Below, in pieces: positions 1 through 8,575 of a stretch of 64,000 nt of DNA. The DNA is from Patescibacteria group bacterium (GTDB taxonomy: Bacteria; Patescibacteriota; Minisyncoccia; Minisyncoccales; UBA10102). A program made the translations under genes and the position numbers. The stretch lies in the NCBI GenBank assembly GCA_024239055.1, contig JANBVJ010000001.1, positions 129,277 to 193,276 of the forward strand, read 5' to 3'. How positions within the stretch are numbered: the stretch's first letter is position 1; the number at the start of each line of letters is the position of its first letter. A model generated the notes under the pieces. That model had not been told where the DNA came from. It ran no database searches and saw only the letters and a list, made by a program, of their open reading frames with translations.

Positions 1-1264
1 TTTCAGCAACCGTTGTTTTGTTTGCGAGAGAAAAGACTACGTGACTAGATCCAATCCATTGAAGAGAGGATACTGGATCTGAAAATCGAGTCAGGAAGAT
101 TAAGTCTCCTTTATTATGTTTTGGTTGGTCGTTTTCTTCTTGTAAAAAATAGAGCAAGATTTCTGTATTCGTTAAAATACCAAGCTTTTTATTGTCCGGG
201 CTGAGACGAAGTTCTGAAACCTCTCCTGTGATATTTTGAAATTCTCTCTGTTCTTTTAGTACAAATAGAGTGTTATATTCTTGTAAAAATATTTCATTTG
301 AAAGAAGATGAAGTTTATATTCCACCTCTTGTCTTATTGGGAATCCAACCTCGTTTATTTGTTCAGCCAGAGCGTCTGAGGAAAGGTTTTGTTTCCATAG
401 AATTCCTTTACCATCAAGCCAGATAAGGTCTGAGTTTCTGATTCCAAAGGCTACGGCGTTATTTGTGAAAAAAGTAACTATTTCCTCTGTCTCATAATCC
501 GCTTCAAGAAGTGTTAGAGATGTTCCGGCTTGTTTGGTTGCAATAATACGGGTGGGGTGAGTTGGATTAAATAATATATTGGTTATGTTTTCCAAATAGG
601 ATAGGGTGCATTCTATCTCATGGCAAGCTGAACTTTCTGATCCCTCAAAGGATATAATACGGTGCTCTATGGTTTCTCCAATCCCAAGGCGTAGAATAAC
701 GCGTTCTCCTTTTTTACCCCACTGAACACTCTGTAGTTCTTGGTTTTGATGCGTTTGTTTAAGAAGTTGCACCTGTTCATTATTGGAAAGGTTCAGACGC
801 ATAAGCTCCCATCTGGTGTTTGGCATGGTGCGCTGCAGCAGTACTTCTTTCTCATTTGGGGACGGCCAGAGAGTTCGTATTTGTCCTACTATACTTTTAA
901 AGGAGACAGAATCTGGAAAGAGGATGATGTTTTTAGCTTCCGTTACTTCATGCTGAGCTGTCTGGAGTATTTTTTCCCAAGTAATGTATCCTTGTTTTTG
1001 GACACTTATGTGATATATGTCCGGCAGAAGATTTTCCAAGAGTGTTGTTCCAAAAAGAAAGTTTGTTGTAGTAGTTAGTTTTCCTTCTATATATACCTCA
1101 GCTGAGTTTGGTACAGCCTTAATATATAAACCACCTGTTCTTGTGAAAGAACGGGTTTGGAAATCTATTCTCCATCCCTGAGAGTAAAAGATAAGGGATG
1201 GGGTGATAATCAAGAATAAAGTAGTTAATCCAATAAAGAGAATCCTTCTGGTTTTTCTATTCAT
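1..1264 (-). CDS. PEGA-domain protein with N-terminal membrane anchor (partial; continues past the left window edge)
   Basis: Own reverse-strand translation from ATG at 1264: MNRKTRRILFIGLTTLFLIITPSLIFYSQGWRIDF..GGLYIKAVPNSAEVYIEGKLTTTTNFLFGTTLLENLLPDIYHISVQKQGYITWEKIL.. There are 421 codons without a stop down to base 1. It is missing from the ORF track only because it is open at the edge. A signal-anchor helix is followed by a PEGA-type motif. Confidence 0.6.
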   Translation of the reverse strand, partial: MNRKTRRILFIGLTTLFLIITPSLIFYSQGWRIDFQTRSFTRTGGLYIKAVPNSAEVYIEGKLTTTTNFLFGTTLLENLLPDIYHISVQKQGYITWEKILQTAQHEVTEAKNIILFPDSVSFKSIVGQIRTLWPSPNEKEVLLQRTMPNTRWELMRLNLSNNEQVQLLKQTHQNQELQSVQWGKKGERVILRLGIGETIEHRIISFEGSESSACHEIECTLSYLENITNILFNPTHPTRIIATKQAGTSLTLLEADYETEEIVTFFTNNAVAFGIRNSDLIWLDGKGILWKQNLSSDALAEQINEVGFPIRQEVEYKLHLLSNEIFLQEYNTLFVLKEQREFQNITGEVSELRLSPDNKKLGILTNTEILLYFLQEENDQPKHNKGDLIFLTRFSDPVSSLQWIGSSHVVFSLANKTTVAE

Positions 1265-1305
1265 ATCACTGTCAGTATAGATGAGTTTTATGCGGGGAGC
1301 AAGGG

Positions 1306-1334
1306 TTGACATTTCATTCGTTTTGTTATATGCA
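1306..1334 (+). promoter_or_regulatory. sigma70-like promoter for the 1380 gene
   Basis: TTGACA at 1306-1311; TATGCA at 17-nt spacing (or TATATG at 15 nt). Confidence 0.35.
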
Positions 1335-1379
1335 TAAACCAGCAACTAAAGCTACGAATACTGGATTAAGGAAAACATC

Positions 1380-2207
1380 GTGTTTTTAATTACAGAAGCT
1401 GGGCAGCCAGTTGATGCACTATGTGCTCTTGTCGAGAGGCATAGCGCCATTAGTTCGTCATCATACAGTGATGCCTCAGATCTTTCAGACGGAATTCAAA
1501 AATCTTGGATTAGGAAAACTCCTCATCAGTATCAAATTCCAGGAGGTCCTCCTAAACTGGAAGATGTTGCTATTTTGAGGCAGCTTGGAATGATTTCTGA
1601 AGTTCCAGCTCCTAGAGGTGAATTCGATGGTGCTCTTGTTCTTGGGGGAACTCTTCTCGCCGTTCGAAAGCGTATTCTTTTTCTGAAAGAGCAGTACGAG
1701 AAAGGTACACAGGTAGATAAAATTTATCTGCTTGGCGGAGCTCGTGTACTGAATTCAGAGACTGAGGATATCGGAGCTCTGAATACTCCTCTTCCAGGAT
1801 TACCTTTTGGAAAAGTAGGATGGAGAGTCACAGAAGAACATCTTTCTTATCTTCAGACTGAGGCTGATATGATGGCATTTATTCTTGCACAATCAGATTT
1901 GCCTTTGAGCTGGACGGGTATTCCAGTTAAGACTCCTCTTTGCGAAGATGGATCTGTTCCGGATACGACAGATACGGTAAAGAGATTTCTTTTCCAAGAG
2001 AATCCAGAGCCGGGAGAATACCTTGTTGTTTCCGGGCAACCGTATGTGGCTCGGCAAACGTACAATGTGCAGGAATGCATGCGTGCGCTTGACTTCAGCA
2101 TCACCCCAAGTGGGTATCAGGTTACTCCAACTTTGCCACTAAATGCACATCTTGATGAAGTAGCCAAACTACTTTTTGAAGAAGTCAGATTGTTTAAAGG
2201 TTTATAG
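1380..2207 (+). CDS. hypothetical protein, weak YdcF/DUF218-like pattern; higher-GC islet gene
   Basis: 275-aa ORF with GTG start and AAGGA 8 nt upstream. GC is clearly above the flanks. The pattern GALVLGG..IYLLGGAR..TEADMM..YLVVSGQPYVARQ resembles the DUF218 Rossmann-like layout (recognised by eye only). A terminator follows. Confidence 0.6.
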   Translation: MFLITEAGQPVDALCALVERHSAISSSSYSDASDLSDGIQKSWIRKTPHQYQIPGGPPKLEDVAILRQLGMISEVPAPRGEFDGALVLGGTLLAVRKRILFLKEQYEKGTQVDKIYLLGGARVLNSETEDIGALNTPLPGLPFGKVGWRVTEEHLSYLQTEADMMAFILAQSDLPLSWTGIPVKTPLCEDGSVPDTTDTVKRFLFQENPEPGEYLVVSGQPYVARQTYNVQECMRALDFSITPSGYQVTPTLPLNAHLDEVAKLLFEEVRLFKGL

Positions 2208-2230
2208 GGAATTCACAGCCCTGTGAAATT

Positions 2231-2264
2231 ATGCCCCCTGTATTCGTATGGCGGGCATTTTTTA
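2231..2264 (+). terminator. intrinsic terminator after the 1380 gene
   Basis: ATGCCC..GGGCAT stem followed by TTTTTT. Confidence 0.55.
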
Positions 2265-2304
2265 TTGCAAAAGTAGTAAATATAAGCTAATATACAGTCG
2301 TATT

Positions 2305-3579
2305 ATGGAGAAATTCGTTATTAAAGGGGGCAATTCATTGAAAGGCGAGATAGCGGTTGGAGGCGCCAAAAACGCAGCATTTCCTTTGCTTGCTTCCTCT
2401 ATTCTTACAAAAGAAGACGTTATTATTGAGAATCTTCCTTTGATTGAAGATGTTTTTCGTATTATTGAGATTTTAGAAGGTATGGGGGCAAAGGCTGAAT
2501 GGATAGATAAGAGAACTATAAAATTAAATACTAAGAAATTGGATCCCAAAAAGATAGACAAGGATATTGTGGAACTTCTCAGAGGATCTGTCCTTTTATT
2601 TGGACCTCTACTTGCGCGCTTTGGAAAGGTATATCTTCCGCAACCCGGCGGATGTGTTATTGGAGCTCGTCCCATCGATACTCATTTAGACGCCTTCTCT
2701 CAGTTAGGAGTAAAGGTGAAACCTATGAAAGATGGTTTTGAGTTAAGTTTAAAGAAAAAGCCAAAAGAGGTGGAGGTTATATTAAACGAGTTTTCACCTA
2801 CCGCCACAGAAAACATTCTATTGTTTGCAAGTTTGATGCCAGGTCCCATTACTATAAAGACCGCAGATCAGGATTATCAGGTACAGGAGTTAGTCACGGT
2901 TTTAAAAAAGATGGGGGTTAAGGTATCAATGAAAGGAGCGCATACTCTGGTTATTAAAGGTAAGGCTACATTGAAAGGATACAAGCATAAGCTTATGTAT
3001 GATCCTATCGAAGCTGGAACTTTTATTATTATGGGAGCTGCTACTTTAGGAACCATTACGGTAAAAAACTGTGAACTAGATTTCTTAGAACTTCTTTTAA
3101 AGAGACTTGCTGACTTTGGTGTCCAGTTTGATATTACAAAAAGGCAGGGGAGGAGAGGGGACGTAACAATGTATGAGTCTGGTGATATAAAAATTGATAA
3201 AATACAGACCCTTATCTTTCCTGGGTTGGCTTCTGACTTTCAGAGCGCATTTGGAGTCTTAGCTACCAAGTCACCCGGCTCCACTTTACTTCATGACCCT
3301 ATGTATGAAGGAAGATTAAAGTATTTGGAAGAGTTGAATAAAATGGGAGCTGAGATTTACTTTACTGATCCGCATCGGGCCATTATTAACGGTCCTACAC
3401 AACTCTACGGAACTGATTTGGGTACATATGACTTAAGAGGAGGGGCCGCTCTCATTATTGCTGCCTTAATAGCTCGTGGCACAAGCACTATTAAGAATAT
3501 CTATCAGGTGGACAGGGGATATGAGCGAATTGAGGAGCGACTCCAAAAATTAGGAGCTGACATTCAACGTGTTTCTTAA
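2305..3579 (+). CDS. murA: UDP-N-acetylglucosamine 1-carboxyvinyltransferase
   Basis: MEKFVIKGGNSLKGEIAVGGAKNAAFPLL.. and the active-site context LPQPGGCVIGARPID. I place the start at the internal ATG 2305, because the 2248 extension overlaps the upstream terminator. Confidence 0.93.
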   Translation: MEKFVIKGGNSLKGEIAVGGAKNAAFPLLASSILTKEDVIIENLPLIEDVFRIIEILEGMGAKAEWIDKRTIKLNTKKLDPKKIDKDIVELLRGSVLLFGPLLARFGKVYLPQPGGCVIGARPIDTHLDAFSQLGVKVKPMKDGFELSLKKKPKEVEVILNEFSPTATENILLFASLMPGPITIKTADQDYQVQELVTVLKKMGVKVSMKGAHTLVIKGKATLKGYKHKLMYDPIEAGTFIIMGAATLGTITVKNCELDFLELLLKRLADFGVQFDITKRQGRRGDVTMYESGDIKIDKIQTLIFPGLASDFQSAFGVLATKSPGSTLLHDPMYEGRLKYLEELNKMGAEIYFTDPHRAIINGPTQLYGTDLGTYDLRGGAALIIAALIARGTSTIKNIYQVDRGYERIEERLQKLGADIQRVS

Positions 3580-3627
3580 CTCTTTGCATTTTTTTACTCT
3601 TGTGCTATATTGAATTCAGTGTGGTTT

Positions 3628-3789
3628 ATGGGAAACCGCAGAAGTCACAAGGGGGACGAAATGGCAGCAGAGCAGTATCATTGCGATACATGTGGACTAA
3701 AGATGCGAGAAGATCAGAACACAGGAACTGTATGCCCAGGGGGCATACTTCCATGTGGTGGAAAGTTTAAAAGCTCAAATCAAAACTGA
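3628..3789 (+). CDS. 53-aa Cys-rich (zinc-ribbon-like) mini-protein, below the ORF-track cutoff
   Basis: Own translation: MGNRRSHKGDEMAAEQYHCDTCGLKMREDQNTGTVCPGGILPCGGKFKSSNQN (CxxC ... CxxxxxC). It lies in a local higher-GC patch between murA and mreB. TTGCAT-16-TATATT sits upstream at 3588-3615. Confidence 0.4.
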   Translation: MGNRRSHKGDEMAAEQYHCDTCGLKMREDQNTGTVCPGGILPCGGKFKSSNQN

Positions 3790-3918
3790 TTTCTTGCTCT
3801 TACTCTCAGCAACCGGCTGATTTGTGCTTTACTGCGTAGCCAAAGAACTTGAAAAAGTTCAATCGACAAAAAGCAAGGGGGGAAGGCAAGTTGCTCTCCT
3901 CCCTATAGTTTTATAAAT

Positions 3919-4935
3919 ATGGGTATTTTTATTACAAAAATTGGAATTGATCTCGGTACCGCAAATTCTCTGGTATTCGTGCCGAGAAAGGGAATTGTGT
4001 TGCAGGAACCGTCTGTTGTGGCGGTTTCTCTTGATGATAACAAGATATTAGCGGTTGGGGAGGAGGCAAAAGAAATGACAGGGCGTACTCCTGATACTAT
4101 TCGGGTGTATCGTCCTATGCGAGACGGAGTCATCGCTGACTTTCGGGTGACACAAGCTATGATTCGCCATTTTCTCACGCGTGTTATTCCTCGCTTTCAA
4201 CCAATGAAACCAGAAGTGTTAATCTCAGTTCCAGCTGGTATTACCTCAACAGAAAAGAGAGCAGTCATTGAGGCTACTGTAAACGCAGGAGCTCGTTCAG
4301 CTTATGTGGCGAAAGAACCTATCTTGGCCGCCATTGGAGCTGGTATTCCCATTAACTCTTCTTCAGGACACATGATTGTTGATATTGGTGGAGGGACATC
4401 TGAGGTTGCCGTTATCTCGTTGGGAGGTATTGTGGTTTCTTCCTCGCTGCGCGTCGCAGGAGACAGGTTGGACCGTGCAATTTCAGATTTTATTAAAAAG
4501 AAGTATAACCTTGCTATTGGTGAGAAAACAGCAGAAGACATTAAGATAAAAATTGGGACTGCGGTTCCAGAAAAAGAGGAATTGACCTTTGAAATTAGAG
4601 GACGAGACCTATTACAGGGGTTGCCACGAACAATAAAGATATCTTCAAATGAGGTTGCTCAAGCCATTGCAGAACCATTGGAAGATATTCTGCAGGTGAT
4701 TAAGACTTTGCTCAGAGATACTCCCCCAGAGCTTTCAGCTGACATTATGGATAAAGGTATGGTTCTCTCAGGAGGCGGTGCTTTGCTTCGTAATATTGAC
4801 CAGTTGATTTCCGAATCCATCGGTGTTCCATGTTTTGTGGCTGACAACCCAATGCTTTGCGTTGCAAAAGGTACGGGAGCTGTTTTAGATAATCTGGACG
4901 TGTACAAACGTAGCATTATGCAAAAAAGGAAGTGA
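3919..4935 (+). CDS. mreB: rod-shape actin homolog MreB (paralog 1)
   Basis: IGIDLGTANSLVFV..EPSVVAV..DIGGGTSEVAVISLGG.. actin-fold phosphate motifs. Confidence 0.92.
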   Translation: MGIFITKIGIDLGTANSLVFVPRKGIVLQEPSVVAVSLDDNKILAVGEEAKEMTGRTPDTIRVYRPMRDGVIADFRVTQAMIRHFLTRVIPRFQPMKPEVLISVPAGITSTEKRAVIEATVNAGARSAYVAKEPILAAIGAGIPINSSSGHMIVDIGGGTSEVAVISLGGIVVSSSLRVAGDRLDRAISDFIKKKYNLAIGEKTAEDIKIKIGTAVPEKEELTFEIRGRDLLQGLPRTIKISSNEVAQAIAEPLEDILQVIKTLLRDTPPELSADIMDKGMVLSGGGALLRNIDQLISESIGVPCFVADNPMLCVAKGTGAVLDNLDVYKRSIMQKRK

Positions 4936-5702
4936 TGCAACACTATTCTTTTGAAAAGCAGTTAGCTCAGATTGCCCACTCAATTAATGAAGGAAGGATA
5001 TCACATGCCTATTTGTTTTCAAGGGGGGATATAGAGCAGATGAAGGAGTGTGCTTTGAGTGTTGCAGGTCTTTTATTGGAGCAAAAGATTGGGGAGGGCA
5101 TAAATCCTGATCTTACAATTGTGAGTCCTGAAACTGATTCAGGACGTATTAGCGTTGAACAGATACGGCAATTCCGTTCCTATCTGAGTTTAGCTCCGCA
5201 TAGTTCTACTTATAAAGTAGCTGTTATAGAGTCAGCAGAACGCATGGGAGAGGATGCTCAATCAATGTTCTTAAAGTTATTGGAGGAGCCAAAAGGGCAA
5301 GCTGTTATTATCTTAATCGCCAAACAGCCAGATATTTTGTTATCTACTATTCGTTCCCGCACCCAAGAGATACGTTTTGCTTCCCAACAAGTTAGTTTGG
5401 ATGTAAAAAGATATGAGGAGTCGGAGACCATCAGAAAATTCAGGGATTTGAGAAAGGTTTCACTGAGTGAGCGCTTTCAATATGCAGCAACCCTATCAGA
5501 AGACAACAAAGAATCTCTTTTTATGTGTTCAGAATGGCTGGGATATTTGAGGGCTTTGATGATTGGAGAGGTTAAGAAAAAGTCTTTGCACACAAAGCGT
5601 TTAAAGAGATTGGTAGAACTAGTTGACGATACTATGTCTTGCCTTTCCTCTACAAACGTGAATGCCAAGCTGTCTTTGGAGAGAATTATGTTAGCATTAT
5701 AA
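4935..5702 (+). CDS. holB: DNA polymerase III delta-prime subunit
   Basis: HAYLFSRGD.. (degenerate P-loop, typical of delta-prime), FLKLLEEPKG, STIRSRTQEIRF. Its ATG overlaps the mreB TGA (TGATG). Confidence 0.7.
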   Translation: MQHYSFEKQLAQIAHSINEGRISHAYLFSRGDIEQMKECALSVAGLLLEQKIGEGINPDLTIVSPETDSGRISVEQIRQFRSYLSLAPHSSTYKVAVIESAERMGEDAQSMFLKLLEEPKGQAVIILIAKQPDILLSTIRSRTQEIRFASQQVSLDVKRYEESETIRKFRDLRKVSLSERFQYAATLSEDNKESLFMCSEWLGYLRALMIGEVKKKSLHTKRLKRLVELVDDTMSCLSSTNVNAKLSLERIMLAL

Positions 5703-5703
5703 T

Positions 5704-6258
5704 ATGTATCAAGAAATTATTGACAATATAAAGCCGGAGCTGGATAAAACCATAACATATATTGCGACAGAGTTTGCAAAGATTAGAACCGGGCAAGCGA
5801 GCCCTGCTCTTATTTCAGATATTGTAGTGGATGTCTTCGGGGAAAAGATGGTGTTAAAACAGTTGGCCGCAATTACAACGCCAGAACCTCGTCAGCTTCT
5901 CGTTGACCCCTGGGATAAGTCTTATCTGGAAGCAATTGAAAAAGCGCTTCATGCTTCCTCGTTAGGAACTAGTCCTATTGTGGATAAAGGTGTAATTCGT
6001 ATTACGCTTCCAGAAATGACGCAGGAATATCGTACACAACTTATGCGCATTGTTTCAGAAAAGGCAGAAGAGGGAAAGAAAACCCTTAGGCGGTGGAGAG
6101 AAGAGGCATGGAATGAAATACAGGATAAGACTCGAGGAGGAAAGATACGGGAGGATGATAAGTTTAAGGGAAAGGAAGAATTACAGAAAGTGCTTGACGA
6201 ATATACAACAAAGATTGATGAGTTGGTGACAAAAAAGACAAATGAAATAACCTTGTAG
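5704..6258 (+). CDS. frr: ribosome recycling factor
   Basis: 184 aa with ..FAKIRTGQASPALISDIVVDVFGEKMVLKQLAAITTPEPRQLLV.. typical of Frr. Confidence 0.93.
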   Translation: MYQEIIDNIKPELDKTITYIATEFAKIRTGQASPALISDIVVDVFGEKMVLKQLAAITTPEPRQLLVDPWDKSYLEAIEKALHASSLGTSPIVDKGVIRITLPEMTQEYRTQLMRIVSEKAEEGKKTLRRWREEAWNEIQDKTRGGKIREDDKFKGKEELQKVLDEYTTKIDELVTKKTNEITL

Positions 6259-6264
6259 ACCATT

Positions 6265-7332
6265 ATGCTTTTTGTTATTGCATTGTTTTCTTTGCTTCTT
6301 CTTGTGCTTTTACACGAGCTTGGGCATTTTTTTGTGGCAAAAAAGTATGGAGTTAAAGTGGAGGAGTTGGGTATTGGAATTCCACCCCGCATATTCGGTA
6401 TAAAAGTTGGTGAGACCCTATATTCTTTAAATTGGCTTCCTCTTGGTGCCTTTGTACGATTAGAAGGTGAGGAGGACAGAGAAGGAGGTCCACGTTCTTT
6501 TAACTCAAAAAGCATATTGCAGAGATCTCTTATTATTGCCGCTGGCGTTATTGCCTTTTGGATTATTGCGGCTTTCATCTTTGGTATTCTGGGCGCGGTT
6601 TCGGGTATTCCCATGCAGGTTTCAGATGACGAAATAGCAGTAACCAATGCAAAGGTGCAGATTGTAGGCATAGCTCCTGATTCTCCAGCTGAGGCTGCGG
6701 GTATTGAATTGGGTGATTTTCTTGTAGAGATACAGGGAGAGAAGTTCAGCACGGTTGGGGGTATACAAGACAGTATTTCAGGATATCTTGGTGAGGCAAC
6801 ATCTTTTGTTTTTGAAAGGCAGGGAGATGAGATTGAGTTGTCTTTAATACCAAGGGAGAATCCTCCGGAGAGCGAAGGAGCGATAGGCGTGGCACTTGCG
6901 AGAACAGCTTTAGTGCGGCATTCCTGGTTGCAAGCCCCCTATAAAGGAGTACAGTTATCGGGAAATCTGACCCTTACAATTCTTAAAGGATTTGGTTCTC
7001 TTATTACTTCTGTATCAAAAGGAGATGGTCTGCCAGCTGGCATGCAGGTGATGGGACCTCTTGGTATTGTGGATACTTTAAAGAATGCTTTTTCTCTTGG
7101 AGTTCCCTATTACTTCTACTTTTTAGGTCTTTTGTCTATTTATCTTGCAATATTCAATGCGCTTCCTATCCCAGCTGTTGACGGAGGACGTCTGCTGTTT
7201 CTGGCAATTGAGGCTATTCGTAGAAAACCCCTGCCCGAACGCATTGAACGGGGTACTAATAATATCGTTTTTATCGCATTGATAATTCTTATGATTTGGG
7301 TAACAATAAAGGATATTATCCGCATCTTTTAA
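6265..7332 (+). CDS. rseP: site-2 (M50) intramembrane zinc metalloprotease RseP/RasP
   Basis: HELGHF motif in TM1, a central PDZ-like segment, and a C-terminal NALPIPAVDGG motif. Confidence 0.9.
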   Translation: MLFVIALFSLLLLVLLHELGHFFVAKKYGVKVEELGIGIPPRIFGIKVGETLYSLNWLPLGAFVRLEGEEDREGGPRSFNSKSILQRSLIIAAGVIAFWIIAAFIFGILGAVSGIPMQVSDDEIAVTNAKVQIVGIAPDSPAEAAGIELGDFLVEIQGEKFSTVGGIQDSISGYLGEATSFVFERQGDEIELSLIPRENPPESEGAIGVALARTALVRHSWLQAPYKGVQLSGNLTLTILKGFGSLITSVSKGDGLPAGMQVMGPLGIVDTLKNAFSLGVPYYFYFLGLLSIYLAIFNALPIPAVDGGRLLFLAIEAIRRKPLPERIERGTNNIVFIALIILMIWVTIKDIIRIF

Positions 7333-7333
7333 T

Positions 7334-8575
7334 ATGAGACAGTCTCAACTTTTTACAAAAACTTTAAGATCCGCTCCCAAAGACGAGGAAAGCATAAACG
7401 CGCAGCTTCTTATTAGGGCTGGCTTTATACACAAGGAGATGGCAGGGGTGTATACATTCCTTCCATTGGGTTTTCTGGTTTTAAGGAAGGTTGAAAATAT
7501 TATCAGAGAAGAGATGACGGGAGTTGGGGGAATGGAGATGTTAATGCCTTCTCTGCAGCCCAAGAAAAACTGGGAGACGACAGGAAGATGGGATGATTTA
7601 GATAACCTGTTTCGTTTTAAAAGCTTTTATTCAAAGAATGACTATGCTTTAGGTCCTACACATGAGGAGATAGTCACTCCTTTAATGAAAAGGTATATTG
7701 TTTCCTATAAAGACCTTCCTTTTTCTATCTTTCAAATCCAGACAAAGTTCAGAGATGAAAAAAGAGCAAAAGCCGGACTCTTGCGGGGACGGGAGTTTAT
7801 TATGAAAGATCTTTATTCTTTTCATGCGACAGAAAAGGATTCAAATGAATACTATGAAAAAGTAGCTCAGGCCTACAAAACAATATTCAAACGCGTTGGT
7901 CTTGGAGATATTACATACTACACAACAGCTTCAGGCGGAACGTTTTCTGATTACTCCCACGAGTTTCAGACACTGACTGAATCGGGGGAGGATACTATAT
8001 ATACAGTTAAAGGAAAGAAGCTTGCGGTTAATCAGGAAATTGTAAAAGAAGAGAAAACATGGTTTGGAGTTCCCAGTGCAAAGTTAAAAAAAGAAAAGGC
8101 GATTGAGGTTGCAAATATATTCAAGTTAAAGACAAAGTATTCCAAGGCCTTTGGCCTTCAATGGCGGGACAAAAAGGGTAAAGTGCAGGACGTGATTATG
8201 AACTGTTATGGTATTGGTCTACCTCGACTTATTGGAGCGGTTGTTGAGGTATTTCATGATAAAGAAGGCATTATCTGGCCTGAGAATTTAGCTCCCTATG
8301 CAGTTCACTTAATATCTTTGAAGGGAACAGAAAAAGAAGCAGATAGACTATATGATGATTTAGTAAAACAAGGAGTTGAGGTTTTGTATGATGACAGAGA
8401 TGTCTCGCCAGGAGAAAAGTTTGCGGATGCCGACCTTATTGGTATTCCAAAACGTCTTGTGATAAGCTCAAAGACGTTAGAAAAAGATTCGATTGAGTTG
8501 AAGATGAGAAATAAGGTAAAGGGAAAGCTTGTGAAGATAGAAAAAGTACATGAAAGTTTTAAAAAGACAATTTAA
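7334..8575 (+). CDS. proS: prolyl-tRNA synthetase, short form without the INS editing domain
   Basis: MRQSQLFTKTLRSAPKDEESINAQLLIRAGFI.. class II motifs. It is only 413 aa. Confidence 0.88.
   Translation: MRQSQLFTKTLRSAPKDEESINAQLLIRAGFIHKEMAGVYTFLPLGFLVLRKVENIIREEMTGVGGMEMLMPSLQPKKNWETTGRWDDLDNLFRFKSFYSKNDYALGPTHEEIVTPLMKRYIVSYKDLPFSIFQIQTKFRDEKRAKAGLLRGREFIMKDLYSFHATEKDSNEYYEKVAQAYKTIFKRVGLGDITYYTTASGGTFSDYSHEFQTLTESGEDTIYTVKGKKLAVNQEIVKEEKTWFGVPSAKLKKEKAIEVANIFKLKTKYSKAFGLQWRDKKGKVQDVIMNCYGIGLPRLIGAVVEVFHDKEGIIWPENLAPYAVHLISLKGTEKEADRLYDDLVKQGVEVLYDDRDVSPGEKFADADLIGIPKRLVISSKTLEKDSIELKMRNKVKGKLVKIEKVHESFKKTI

Noticed and set aside
740-1078. 112-aa plus-strand ORF
   Set aside because: It is antisense to the uninterrupted 421-codon PEGA-domain ORF on the minus strand, and its peptide is low-complexity and Cys/Phe-rich.
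2248-2304. N-terminal extensions proposed by the ORF track (also 11172-11324, 19125-19220, 20625-20696, 22531-22572, 30213-30266, 40374-40484, 46145-46216, 63819-63854)
   Set aside because: The extensions overlap upstream genes, terminators or promoters, and they precede the conserved N-termini of the protein families. The internal ATGs match family starts and the -10 box positions.
5949-6752. 267-aa minus-strand ORF
   Set aside because: It is antisense to the well-supported frr and rseP genes, and its Ser/Pro/Cys-rich composition is typical of an antisense frame.
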